Source of the DNA: Trichoplax sp. H2
Lineage: Eukaryota
Length of the DNA stretch: 64,000 bases
Assembly: GCA_003344405.1 (NCBI GenBank)
Contig: NOWV01000011.1
Span: 558,001-622,000, forward strand
Direction of reading: 5' to 3'
Part shown: piece after piece, positions 48,022 through 61,510 of the stretch
Layout: the number at the start of each line of letters is the position of its first letter
How positions within the stretch are numbered: the first letter of the stretch is position 1
Program-made: the position numbers and the translations under genes
The notes under the pieces: model-generated
Database searches by the model: none
Seen by the model: the letters and a program-made list of their open reading frames with translations, nothing else
Told to the model about the DNA's origin: nothing

Positions 48022-49764
48022 TGCTAGGTACCAACAACAAGTACACGTCTTAAATCGGCATATCAATCTTGATTTTGCTTTAGCCTTGGGGAAAAATGTC
48101 ATTTATTTTTTAGATTAATGGTTATAGTAACTAGCTTTTACTATAGTTATGGTAATCCACAGAATCACAATCTAGCAACTATCCTAAAGCTATTAATAAG
48201 TCAACTAAGGACCAATGTTGTTATGAAATACAATCTTAATTTTAATCTTAAGCTAAATATGAGTTACAAGCATAAATGACTTTAAAATTTATAAAGTAAA
48301 ACAATTAGATAGATTTATGTCTTAATTAGCAAATTCTATACTCATATGTTTTGATCTCGCAATGAAGTAACTAAATTAAACAGCTATTTCCTCTGATAGC
48401 AAAACCAATTGCGTGATAGGCTAACTTAGCTTTATAATATAGATAGCCTAAAGTATTTTTAACGTCTTCTTATTTCAGAAATTTCACTCAACAAAGCGGT
48501 AGTTAGTTAATAAATATATCAGAATAAATTGATCAGCCTTACTTACGCTATCTATAATTACTAAACAAGAAAATATCTCCTGGTTTTAGGAAGGTGATAG
48601 TACTGATTAAAAATAAAATTGATAGAGTGATATGAATAGGAAACGTATCATTTCAGTTCTTCTAATGGTAAATGATGCAGAGCAATTTGCTATTATTATT
48701 ACTACAAGATACATTCAGTAATAGATATAGAAGCGATTAGATATCTTATAACGACAGCGAAAGTTCATTTTAAACTTCAAAATGAGGCTAAGATAAGTTA
48801 TGTTTCGAAGAAGATTTTAATCGATTATGACTTCCAGAATTAGAGTGCAAGATCAAGAAGTGTAAATAACTTTAATAAGAAAAGTTTACAAATAGGGCTA
48901 ATTAATATTCTTTAAATGTCAAAAACTTTAAGATTCAGATTCAAAGGTGATAGAAAATAATGATTCTTGTAAATAATCCCAGATAAAATCATACATAATG
49001 GAAAAAGGATAAATCTAGCAACCACAATGCTGCTCGCTTTTTTAATATTTGGAGTTGTTTAATAGTGCATATAAGCCATTCAAAACTACATATAAGTATT
49101 AATACCCGTGATTTAGATTTAAAAATCTATCTACTGAAAACGAATCAATCATAAATCTTGGTGATGCGATTAAAAAATATTGTCCGGATTGACAAATGTC
49201 CTAATTTTAACTAATTGTCATACAATTCAACTGTCTACTGACAGCCACGATAGAATATCCCATGTATTTTACTAATCTGGAGTAGTAATGAATATATGAG
49301 TGCCCAAAATAGAGTTCATTCAGGGCAATACAACATAATAAATTAGAAATATGAAAAATTATTCTTGATTAGACCATTGAATTTGTACCGTACCTTTCAA
49401 TCTCCGAGTTTTATAGGCAAAAATGAATCGAAAATTAATTCTAACGTAGAATGATTGATATTTAAATTGAAAATAGTTCAAATCTGTCCAATAAATTAAA
49501 TTATACTTGTATTTGATCTCAAACACAAGTATGAATCTCAAGTTAAGGCTAAGCTTTACATACTATCATCCACAACCGATCAAATAAAAATTAGTGTAAG
49601 GTCAAGCTGTGGAAAAGATTGGCCACTTATATTACATTATTGTCTTTGGATTAAGGATATCGCGAATTACTCTTCGGTTCTAATGTAAACGGATAGGAAT
49701 AAATTATGCAGTGTCAATAGAGACCTTTAATCTATACTATAGTTCTTAGGGGATCGAGAAAAAA

Positions 49765-52700
49765 TCACACATTATACACATAGTAAGCTACATTATTTTC
49801 CGCAGTTGAGGCTTTTCTGGTCTCTTCTGAGTTATTTTCTGTTATTGATATTTTCGAAGTATCTTTTACGCCATTCTCCTCTGTTAAAGCTATCTGCGCC
49901 TCTTCTACCGTATTCTCCCCTGATGATGTTACTTCCACGTCATTCTCAGCTATTGAAACATTCCTAGCCTCTTCTATGTTGTTCTCTGTTAATGAGATAT
50001 CGGAAGTCTCTTCTGCGATGGTTTCAGGTGTTATTGCTTTTCTTATCCCATCTACATTACTTCCTACGCTATTATCCTCTTCTTTAGCTGCATCATCAAT
50101 AAAGGTAACCACTGATTTTCTTTTGGTCGATTTTTTAGGTTTATCATGATTTACTAACTTTCGCATAGAACTTCTTGCTGGAATTGGTGGAGATGATGGT
50201 GCAGAGCCATTTGGAGTATGGATACCAGCATCGGAGATACATCCTGCTGGAGCTCCACGAATTGGAGCTGTACTTGCTTTACGAAATGTATACTGTGATA
50301 TACTTCTCATGCAATGCTCCTTGGTGTTTAATTCAGGCTTGAAAAGAATAGTATAGACTTTGGGTAAGAAGAGGAATACCAAAACGCATAACGCAAAGCA
50401 GGCTATACCCAATGAGGAGAATACTGCTCGTAAAACGCCATCAGTACCATAATAACCAGGAATAGTCAATATACATATCATCCACATACAGATAGAACAG
50501 AAGCAAATGTATTTAGCTTCATTGAAATTATTTGGTAGATTCCTTGTTCTCCATGCTAGAAATGAACAAATTGTGCCTAACAAGCAAAAATAGACTGCAG
50601 AAAAGGTAATGCCTAAATGTGTGTCACTTTCACAACGTGAGAACGCTTCTTTACCCTTGCAAATTTTATCTCGAAGCCTTGGTATATCAAGGATACTACC
50701 AACAATAACAATAATGACTGAAACTGATGTAATTCCAAAGATGAATAATAATTGCATATAACTTTCACGATTTTTCGATTTACCAAAAGGTGTACGACTC
50801 CTTAAGCGGACTTGAAATATTTTAGACACCGAATTGGTTTTAGTCAACAGAATTGCCATACAAAAGGTAATTGATGTCGCAAAAATCACAAATTGAACCT
50901 CACAGACCACATCGTTTGGATCATAGACAAATGCTGGAGCAACTGCTAATATATAGTAGACACTGATTATATGGAGAGTGGATAATAATCGATTTGAAGC
51001 TTTGACAATCGGTGTATCGCGATATCTCAAGAAAATGCAAGCGACAAAGGTGGTCAAAAGGGCGATTAAAAATACGCCAACAAGAATGGCGATACTAACT
51101 GGATGATCCCACGATACTCGAGTTATGGGTATAGCCACACAATAAGATCGATTTGCTACTGGTTGTTCGCAAAGTCCGCAAGCTTGGCAATAGACAGTGG
51201 TGCCATTCGATACTTCTCCATCGCCGCATTTTGCACATTGCCAACAGCAAGACTGACTATCCGGTCTAACTCGGCGATAGCCTAATTGACATTCAAAGCT
51301 ACATCGAGATGAAGGAATATTTGTTGCTGTACCGTTTTGAAAGCGCACAGCTTGGTAATGGAGGTTTAATTTGTTATTGTACCAATCTCCAACCGAAACA
51401 AAGTAGCCGCAATTGGGGTTATTTTCATCAAATTGAAGATTAATGATAGAATAGTTCCTAGTGATCTCGCCATTATCGTTAAACGATAACATATTTCCTT
51501 GAGAATTTTTAATCTTGATATGACGTAAAGTATTGAGATACGCTTTACGATTCAAATGAATTAAAGGTGGACAATAACTTGAGGTACAATTTAATGATTG
51601 ATGTAAAGCTTCAGCGATAGCATTGACTCCATCAATAATGAAATCAACTTTATTTCCTTCCGAGTTAACAAAGTAGACTGATTTGCCACAATTTTGAGGC
51701 CGATTGTCGTAATTACTTCGTACTAACGTGCATGTTTGCTGTGCGAAGCGACAACCAAGTTTTGCTTCTACCAATTGTGTTAAGGATGGATGATCACCTT
51801 GAGCTAAATGATTTTGAAAATAGCGATAAAATTCATCGGATGGCTGACTGCGAGGGACTACACCAAGCAACCCTCCTACAATATCTCGTGATAACTTTAA
51901 TAATTCTGCGCTATCACTCCAACTTTCTGTACCAATCCATATTTTACCAGTTAGACCTTGATTATTTGCTTCTTTTAATACAGATAGAGCTTCTTTTTCT
52001 TGAGCAATTAAAATGATTGCCGAGACATTAGATAGATCGGCAAGTTGGCTAATGATAGATTGTATACGCTGTGTATTATTGGTCTGAGGAAAGTACAAGT
52101 CTTTAGCAACACAAATACTCTTCAGGCGTAATCGTCTTTGTATTAAATCCATAAATAAACGACTATAGATATCATCGACTGTAACTGTTGCAATATAGGT
52201 CCAACCGAATCCGTAAATTAAATCGGCAATCGCTCTAGCTTGTTGATGATCTGATGGTAAAGTACGAAATAAATTATCATACTGTATTCTGTCGATAAAG
52301 ATGCCCGAAGTAGCACCGTAAGTAACGGCTGGAATACTGAAGACACCTAAGAATAAAAATTCGATATTTCGTTAAGAAAAGATCAGAGTAAAATTCTTAT
52401 ATCTTTCAGTTTTTAGTGAATAGCCTCTCTCTATGCAATATTAATGTATCATCAGATCTCGTTTTTAATTAATTTCCGACCACAAAATACTAATGTGTTT
52501 TAGCCGTTTGCTACCCGTGATTGTAACAAGAATATTTAAGGTATAACGTATCTACATTCGAATACGTAATTTAAAGAATTAAGGAATCGTAGTAGGAAAC
52601 GAAAATTTAATAACTATAATTAGTTAAAGGGAGTTTACTGTTTGAAATTTACGCATACTATTTCAAAGAATTTTTATGATAGCGAATATTTCTATACTGT

Positions 52701-54459
52701 ACTAATATCTGTCGTAAATTGGTGATAAGACTTGGAATTAAATATCTTTAACAAATATTTACTAGTGCAAAATTACGTGTCGTAAAAGTTATGCAGAAAT
52801 CTAATACTCCTCATCTTTCTATCGCTATGAAACCAATTCTTTCACCTCAAAACTCAGAGAAGGATTTTAATATAACAGAGAGCGATTGTTGAAAATTACA
52901 CTAACTACAGTATAGCTTGATTATATCGATAAATTAGAGATATAATAGCTACAATTTATCTAAAGAGGTTTCAATGTGTTCTTTGTATTAGGAGCTTACG
53001 CTAATAACGAAATTTTTCCAATTAGCTTTTAATCGACAATTTGTAGAAGATATTCATTTTTATTTGCATCTTTGCTGAATTGTATTTAAACGATTCATGC
53101 TCCGATTTTAACGTTCATAATGCCAAATTATGTAGTATAACGGAAATAACCAACAAATTTAACTCATTTTCCAACGAAAAAATTAAAACGATCGATGTTT
53201 TACTTAACGCGTTATTTTATGTTTACAGGTGGTAATCTTTAATAAATAGCCATTTAATTAATAAGCTAGAGTTAATTAGATACTTTCTGCACCTACGCTA
53301 CACGACACAAATAGTCTAAAGTTACATGATGCAGGTTGTTAAATCACTTACAGGTCATCTCTGTTACCTAATAATGTGGCTACGTGAGATAGAGAAGGTC
53401 TTCTCTATCTTACGTAATAATGCAGAAAATTTCGCAGTGTTTGTATAGTACACATACTTCAAAATTTTCTAGACATTGTCAATCTAAATTGATCTACTGC
53501 CTTAAGAAGGTGTAAAAATTTCTTAACTGTGTAACGCTTAATAGCGATGATATCGATTTCTTTCATGCCAATATTTTGGGGACTTTGTTGAACAAAATCA
53601 AATAAGAGCGATGTTTCTGTGACAGAGTACTAAACTTAACGTAAGAGTGTAGCCTGTCTCACTTATAAAATCATTCTATTGGATTAATTTTTAAAATGGT
53701 CACGTTTTAAATCATCTGATATAGAGTCAAGATTACCAATTGTTTATTAAGACAGATTGTAGATTGGACTGCATGTAAACGGCTAAACCGCAGGAGTCAC
53801 GCACGATCAACAGATAATAAGATCATAATATCATATAGGAATATTATTACACACTACTATCGGATGTTATGATGATCAAGCAATGGCTAATTGCTTTTTT
53901 AAATCATTTTTTACTTACCTAGGACGTTAGTGGATGGTAAAGTTGTTGAGCTAGATGATGGGCCTACAACTGCAGCAACGCCTAAGGTGTTGTTCTGGTC
54001 CAGTCGAATACTACTCATATTACAGCCATATTTATTCAGCAAGTTGTAACCGATACTACCAGTGACTAGATCTTGTGTATATGGAACAAAGTTTAGAATA
54101 TCTTTCAAGGTATGTCTTACATTGGAGCAAGTATCACGAATATGATAACCTAATGTAATGTTGGGCAATAACTGAGTAGCATTATTGACTTTTTCAATAG
54201 CATAGATCATGGCAAGAGCTTGCTCAATCCCTCTAATACTGGTTATTTGACATGATTGTTTGCTTTGATCGTAATCTAAATGAGCTGGAAATAAGCCTCC
54301 TAAAAAAATTTGGCCTTGATAAACCTCGTAAACGCCACCGGAAGATGTTAAACTACTGGAAATTTGTCCATAACCTCCGTGTCCATAGCATAAGATAATA
54401 ACCATCCAAGTTGTTATAAATTTGGTTGAAAAAAACAGACCATAACTGTTAGTCAGCAT
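49765..54459 (-). CDS. Class C GPCR (mGluR/CaSR-like): signal peptide, Venus flytrap, cysteine-rich domain, 7TM; complete, 2 coding exons, 1040 aa
   Basis: Exon 1 54459-53919 (LGGLFPAH, AMIYAIEKVNN..LLPNITLGYHIRDTC, VVGPSSSS) splices in phase 1 to exon 2 52346-49765 (VTYGATS, LFRTLPSD, FGWTYI, SRCS..C..G...CCWQC, TPIVKASNR, TRNLPNNFNEAKYI, FLPKVYTILFKPELN). Confidence 0.95.
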
Positions 54460-55702
54460 GATCGACGAACGGGGGAATTTTTAAGGATGCTTCCCTGATT
54501 ATTGCTTTGCGAAAATGCTATATTTCCTATGAGGAAAACTATTTAACTAATTGAATATTAATTAGTTTTACGATGCTCGTTAAGTTGCTCTTATCAAAAC
54601 AGCCTATCATACGATGCCTATAACTAACTAGTGATTAGTATAGCGGAAGTTTTGGCTTGCTTAATTATCGATAACGATAGACAAATAGATTATTCCTTGA
54701 CGATAGATAGAATAGATTTATTATTGTATTACAGAAACAATGCTTATAAGTAATAAATTAAGAGCTGATTTGATAAAATTGTCCACATACACGTAGAACT
54801 TCAAAGAATTCGATTGGCGTTGATCATAATTATAGTAAACAATCGAATGACTTCATGGGTTCCCCATCAATGGTTAAGGTGGGGCTGAGTAATTGTAATT
54901 TAAATGTGGTATGTCACTATTTATGGCCAAGGACTAATTCCGTTCTGTCAAGAGCAAAACGACTAATAGATACGAATCCTTTGAATCATTGTTCTTCTCT
55001 ATCATTGACGTGGATAGGTAATTGCCATATGTCATTCATACAGGTAGTAAGGTTGTCTATACTACCTATCAGTAGTTTTGACGTCGTTGAACTGATCTGT
55101 GGGTATATTAGTCGATGCAGGAGTAGCGGTAGCAATACTATGCCAATGATCCTGCTATATTCGACGTAAAATTCAAGGGTGGTCCATTGACTCAAACTAG
55201 AGCCTGCCAATTCTAATATATTGACCTTAAGATAAGACTAAAATCAAGTTGGAATGAAAACAGGGGTCAATACTTATCCAAATTTTAATACGTGAATTTA
55301 ACACTGGCTATACTCAGCTTCGATCAACAGTAGCTGGTACATTTTGCAGGAGTAGTGGGAAAGAAAAATGAGTTTTACCACGTGATAGTGTTACTTTTGA
55401 GGCAGGTACCAGGCTGTTCCTTATTATTTCTATCCAACTTAGACAAACAAATTGCTGTTGATGAATAATTATAATTACTCTCTATACTCTCAACCCATGC
55501 GCAGTCAATTTGATCCATACTAATTTTTATTTGTGCTTTACTTTCATCATACACACTAGTAGTATATTTCACAAATGATACAGACTATTGTACATATTGG
55601 TAAACTATTCCACAAATGATGCTTGTATATTCATTACGGTAGCGTCTAGACTCCTAAATACGCTTATATTTATTATTATACCTGAAAAGGTTTTCTAAAG
55701 CA

Positions 55703-56405
55703 TACGCTGCGCGTATGTAACGATACTGTATGTCAGACAGAAATGAAGCTATTTGAAATGCAGCAGCTTTAGCCTATTGATATATTCAATTTATTCATTA
55801 TTAATTAGCACTAATTTTACTCTACTATGCGTTTCAAAAATTCTTTTACATAGGTTATTCTATATACTGTTAGATTATCGTATATGCTAATATAACGCTT
55901 GGTTTATGTCAGTGCAGTACTGTCTCGATTCCTAAATACCTTTATAATTATTATTATACTTAAAAAGATTTCTAATTATAAGCTATATGTATACGACGAT
56001 ATGTCAAATAGGAATCAAACTAAGCGAAATGTATCGGTTTGCCCTAATGATATTTTCAATTATCCATTAATTTACACAAATTTTACTCTACAATACTTTT
56101 TTAAAATTCTCTTACATGGATTATTGCGCATACTAGTATACTATTTCGCGCATGATACTTCCTTTACATATCTATACAGTACTATCTAGATCCCCAAATA
56201 CCCTTATAATTATAAATTATACCGTACTTGAAAGAGTTTTTCAAACTCAAGCTACGCGTATGCGGTGATATATCGGATGGAAATGAAACTATGCAGAATA
56301 TATCAGTTTTATCCTAACGATGTTATCAATTTATCCATTAGCTTATACTTACTTTACTCACTATGCCTTTTAAAATTCTCTTTCATGGATTATTATACAT
56401 ACTAG
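55703..56405. repeat. Intergenic tandem repeat between the two GPCR genes, ~270-280 bp period, 3 diverged copies
   Basis: gct...gtat..gata..aaat.aa.cta...cctaa.gat.tt.tcaat.tatccatta...tttactc....aaaattct....catggattatt at ~55703, ~55980 and ~56249. Confidence 0.8.
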
Positions 56406-57534
56406 AGTATCCTCCACTCTTTGTACTTCGCGTACCATACTTGTATTTTTTGATGTACTGGATAATTTATCTGGCTTAAGTCATAATTGGAAGGATGTAG
56501 TAGAATATTCTACACATCATACTTCGCGTATATTGGTGTAGAAAAGTAATGGATTTAGCCTAATAATATTAGTAACTCGCCAGAATTAGGATTACTGTAA
56601 TCGAAATTCATATTAAGGCCATAAACTATATCTGACTTACTATATAGATCGTTAATAAAGCTCGTGGCAGACTACAATAGATGATTTAGCCTTTTGAAGC
56701 GTACTTACTACGAATTCATGCACTAAAAATGTAATAATTGTAAATGATGAAGCGACATAATCTCAGATGTGGTATAACTAGACTAATCTATCGACCATAA
56801 TGAAGAAAAAGCATAAAATTAAGTAATATAAAAATCTTAATTGAGAATATTTGCTCTAGCCCACTATTCTAGTAACTTTATATCTACGGAATTAAGTAAC
56901 TACACTGAATGATATTTTATTGGTTTTAATGCACATAGCAATATTGAAAATATTGAGCAAATATTCACTCTATTAATTTGAGCACATTTATATTAACGGC
57001 GTAAAATCATTCAAGTGAACCAAGTGAAAGCAAATAGGCCTAAAAGTTGCACAATAATTGTACAATAGCGAGTTGTGTTATTTCACCAGAACATCATCTT
57101 TATGTACACAGGCTCAAACTTTCTACTATTGTTACGAGAAGGGGTATGTTTTAGTCTATAGTCATAATGTAACCTTTAGCTAGATTACAGTTAGCTATGA
57201 AGCTATTGCAGCCCTTAATTTTATTTGCTTTAAGCTATTAGGCGAATTTTTCATCCATAGGAATGATAAATAGAACTGTTTTGCTATCATTGTTGCTAAC
57301 ATTATTAAATATTACAGTAGCCAGGCTTCAGTCGACGTTGTCTGGCGAAAGTTTCTAACCTCTTGTTATCAAGGTAACACAATTTTTAATATGTAAATAG
57401 CAATTAGAAATAGTTATATTGGTCTATTACATAAAATATTTAATGGAGAACACACGCCAAGCGTTATGCTATTATCTCTATAATTTATACATAGAAATTT
57501 TTTCATTGGTAAATTATTTCTAAATTTTGTAATA

Positions 57535-60299
57535 CTAATTATTATTGCTCTTAGTGTTTTTACCACTAGTATTACTGCTATTATCGTTATTACTATCACT
57601 GTCATTATCCTTGTTAGGATTATTACCATTAGAATATTCACCTTGATTAATAGAGCCAGTTTTATTGATGGTATTATTACTAGAATTATTACCATGATTA
57701 ATAGATCCAGTTTTATTTATGGTTATATTACCAGTATTGTCACCTTGATTAATAGAATTATTACTAGAATTACTGCCACTACGATTAATAGATCCAGTTT
57801 CATTAATAGCATTATTACCAACATTATTGTCTTGATTAATGGAGCCAGTTTCATTGGTAATATTAGTACTAGTGTTGCTACCATGATTTATAGATCCAGA
57901 TTTATCGATAGCATCATTACTAGGATTATTACCTTGATTAATAGAACCAGCTTTATTGATAATATTAGTACTAGTATTATTACCATGATGATTGATTGAG
58001 CCAGTTTTGTTGCTGCAATTAATAGAACCATTTGTATAGACGGTACTATGGCCAGCATTATTAATCGTTTTCTTATTATGGCTGCTATTGCTTCTACTTA
58101 TGATTGTAGATTCAAGACCATTATGAGTGCTGTTACCAAAAGGAGAATTACTAAAGGAAAATGTTTGGATGCTTTGCAAGCAACGGCGTTTGGTGTTTAA
58201 ATGAGGCGTTATTGTCATTGTATAAACTTTAGGCAAGAATAGAAAGACTAAAACTGCTAATGAATAACATTGTAATGAAATCGATGCGATAATAGTGCGC
58301 AAAATTCCATAAGTTCTTATATATGTTGGAAGTGCTAAAGCGAGGATAATCAATACCGTTATTGAACAAAAACAAATGTGCTTAGCTTCATTAAAATTAC
58401 CGGGTAAATTTCTAGTTTTCCATGCAAATACATTGCACAATAAGCATAAAAAGATAAAGTAACCAGCTGGTAAAGCTAGATTAATTGCATTGCTAGAGTC
58501 GCATATCACATAAACGCTATTAGTTACTCGATAATCACGTATAGGTCCGATAGGAGTAATAATATTGACAACAATAATCATAATAACACCGACTAGGGTT
58601 AACAATGTAATAAAGGCTACTTGTCTAACAACTCTCTTTGCTCTGGCTATAGGTGTTGTTGTATCTAGCAAATAGGCGAAATTGAGGTGAAAGATAGATG
58701 CAATATGATGTGTACGAGTTATTAAGACAGCAATGCATAAAATTAACGAGATAGGGAGTAATGATAGACTTAGCGTGCATATCATCGTCGTTGGTTTAGC
58801 TAATAATAATATGGAGATACCAAGCATGAAATAAATACTAGTCAGATGAAAAAAGGACAAAAAAGAATTTGATGCTTTAACGATAGGTGTATGCTGATAT
58901 TTAATATAGATTCCGACGACCAGGGAATTTATTGCTGCAACCAAAAGAGATGTTATCGTTAAAGCGATACTAGCTGGATGAGACATCGAAATAGTAATAA
59001 TTGTAAGGTTAATACAGAATGTGTGATCCGGAGCCGCTTTTTGGCCAAGTTCACATTCATTACAAGTTGATGATTGACCATCCGATATTAATCCAGGTCC
59101 ACATTCTAGACAGATCCAACAACAGCTATTTTTATCTGGTTTAATTTTTTTATAACCTGGAAGACAACTAATACTACATCGAGATGTAGGGATTGATAGA
59201 GATGTTCCGTTAACCCATCGCAATAAGTTATTATGAATCACTAATGTGCCATTAAACCAATTACCAACATTTTTATAATGACCACATGAACCATTTGTAG
59301 ATGAAAAGTGGACATTATCAATGATATAAACCCTGTTTATTTCTCTTTGAGCATTAAATTTTAGGGTGTGATTATGATAGCCACGAATGTTCAGATTACT
59401 TAATATCGATAATAACACCTTTCTATCGATAACATCTTCCTTTTGACAGCTTTGGCTTGTGCAGTTTAATAATTTATGCAATGCTGTTGCTAAAATATAG
59501 ACAGAATCAATAATAAATGCCACTTTATTTCCTTTATCGCTTGCATATTGTTTGATGTTGTTGCATTGAGTGGGATTATCAGGTGTATTACTAATTTCAA
59601 TGTTAGATGCAGCTGATGAAGGAACTTTTAGAAATGGTGTTGATGATAGTGATGACGATGATGGTTCACGCGATAGGTAGCAATCTTGGTATCCGTGGCT
59701 GCAATTTAATAATTCATCAATCATAGTAGTAATCTGATCCTTATCAATAGCCTGGAGAATATTCTGGAATGACGGTGGTAGCTGGCCGGCAAGTTGTGAT
59801 GATTCTGGAGCAATCCCTAATACACCACCAATCACTTCTGGCTGGAGGCCCAGAACGACAGGACTAGTACCCCATGCATCGGTGCCAATCCATGTTTTAT
59901 AGTAAAGCTTTTGCCTCTGAGCTTCGTGTAACACACTAAATGCTGCCGATTCTGACGCAATTAAGATTATAACAGAAACATTATCTAATTCTAACATTTT
60001 TTGTACAACAAGACTGATTTTAGCTGGACTAGGAGTTGCTGGTATCGTCTCTTCTAATGCAATACAAATAGAATTTGCATCAAATCGTCGTTTCATCAAA
60101 TCAATTGCTAATCGTCCATAAAAGTCGTCTACTGAAATAGTAGCGACATAAGTCCAGTTAAAATAGCTTAAGATATCAGCAATAACGGTAGCTTGTTGAT
60201 AGTCTGATGGAAGGGTACGAAATAAGTTTGGATATTCTTCCTTATTCACTAGTAAGCGAGACGTTGCTGCATAACTTATTTCCGCCACGTCAAAGATAT
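57535..60299 (-). CDS. Second class C GPCR (mGluR/CaSR-like), large second coding exon; first exon not found in the window (5'-partial)
   Basis: The acceptor AG at 60301-60300 opens a phase-1 exon (IFDVAEISYAATS...LFRTLPSD...FNWTYV...CCWIC...TPIVKASN...KTRNLPGNFNEAKHI...FLPKVY) at the same position and phase as the intron of the neighbouring paralog. No matching exon 1 was seen in 60302-64000. Confidence 0.93.
57640..58030 (-). repeat. Coding minisatellite, ~51 bp (17 aa) unit, about 7 copies, in the GPCR C-terminal tail
   Basis: NKTGSINHHGNNTSTNII / NKAGSINQGNNPSNDAI / DKSGSINHGSNTSTNIT / NETGSINQDNNVGNNAI / NETGSINRSG... / NKTGSINHGNNSSNNTI / NKTGSINQG. Confidence 0.9.
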
Positions 60300-61204
60300 C
60301 TAATCATAATGGATACAATAAGACATATGATATTGATGGAAGTAGAAGCAATTCGTTCAGAAATTAGCTCATTGTTATTAGTTAAATTATTAAATAATTA
60401 AACACTAGAATGATAGTTACACATTGGCTAAAATGAAACAAAACGCTGTCTTAATGTACTGTATGTTATCAATAGAATCCGTTAAATACTTTAATAATAC
60501 CATACTGCTGGTAATATACTCGTAAATAATAAGGCTAACATGTAGGAATATTTTACTCTTACTGTAGGAATCAATCGAATTTATAATAAAATTTTCTACG
60601 TACGAATATGTTTCTATCTTTAGCTTTTGAATTAAGTTTAAGTTTAATAAGTGTAATAATGCGTTAATAATGTTGGTGTAAGGTATACATACATACATTC
60701 AGTTGTATCATACATTTTTTAATATGTAATTCTATATGCAATTCTGAAAAGCTAATGATGATAAATGTAGGTATAAATGTAAAGTTACTTTTCCATAAAA
60801 CGCTTGATCTGAAGGATTAACGATTGAAACTCAATACTTTATGGTTTGATAATGATAAGATCAAATCTAAATTGTCTTTTTTGATCTGAAAGGAATAATG
60901 AGATAATCGTGCTCAATTCTCTTAGAAACAGCACTATAACTTTATTCTTATTACTCTCTTTCATACCTCAGCAATCATTTAATAGCATGTATGTATTATA
61001 GGCGACTGGTAAATTCTTTAAAGGGCCAAGAAAATAATCAATAGATGCAAAAAAATGCACTGACATTTCACTTTTCAATGTAGGTGATATATTATATTGT
61101 TTGCAACAACAAATATTTTGAAACCTGTGTTACAAATAATTTGAGCAATCTTCAATTCTAACATGATCGATCTTGATTATAAAAGTATTCATTTTCAAAG
61201 TTTA

Positions 61205-61510
61205 TTCTTAAGCTGAATATCTTAATAATTGTGAGTCTAATAGAGTATTGCAATTGACATTTACAATCATCTCTATAATCAATTTGTTTATTTTTATAGT
61301 CTGTTCTTAAGCTGAATATCCCAATAATCATAAATCGAGTAGAATGTTAAAAATGAATAAGGCATTTCAAGTGGACATTCTAATCGTTTTCATAAGTAAT
61401 TTGCTTATTTTTAAACTCTGCTCTTAAGCTAAATATCCCAGTAATCATAAGTCAAATAGAGTGATAAAAATGAGTAGGTACTTTCAAATAGATATTTATA
61501 ATCATTTCTT
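61205..61510. repeat. Tandem repeat, ~100-118 bp period, 3 copies, in the presumed first intron of the second GPCR
   Basis: tcttaagct.aatatc..a.taat.....gtc.aatagagt at ~61205, ~61304 and ~61422. Confidence 0.8.

Noticed and set aside
54855-55572. ORFs upstream of the first GPCR (54855-55169+, 54986-55210-, 55375-55572-)
   Set aside because: No domain similarity; the GPCR already has its own signal-peptide-bearing start, so these are at most UTR or promoter sequence.
57414-57999. ORFs 57643-57999(+) and 57414-57695(-)
   Set aside because: Antisense and alternative-frame shadows of the coding minisatellite in the GPCR tail.
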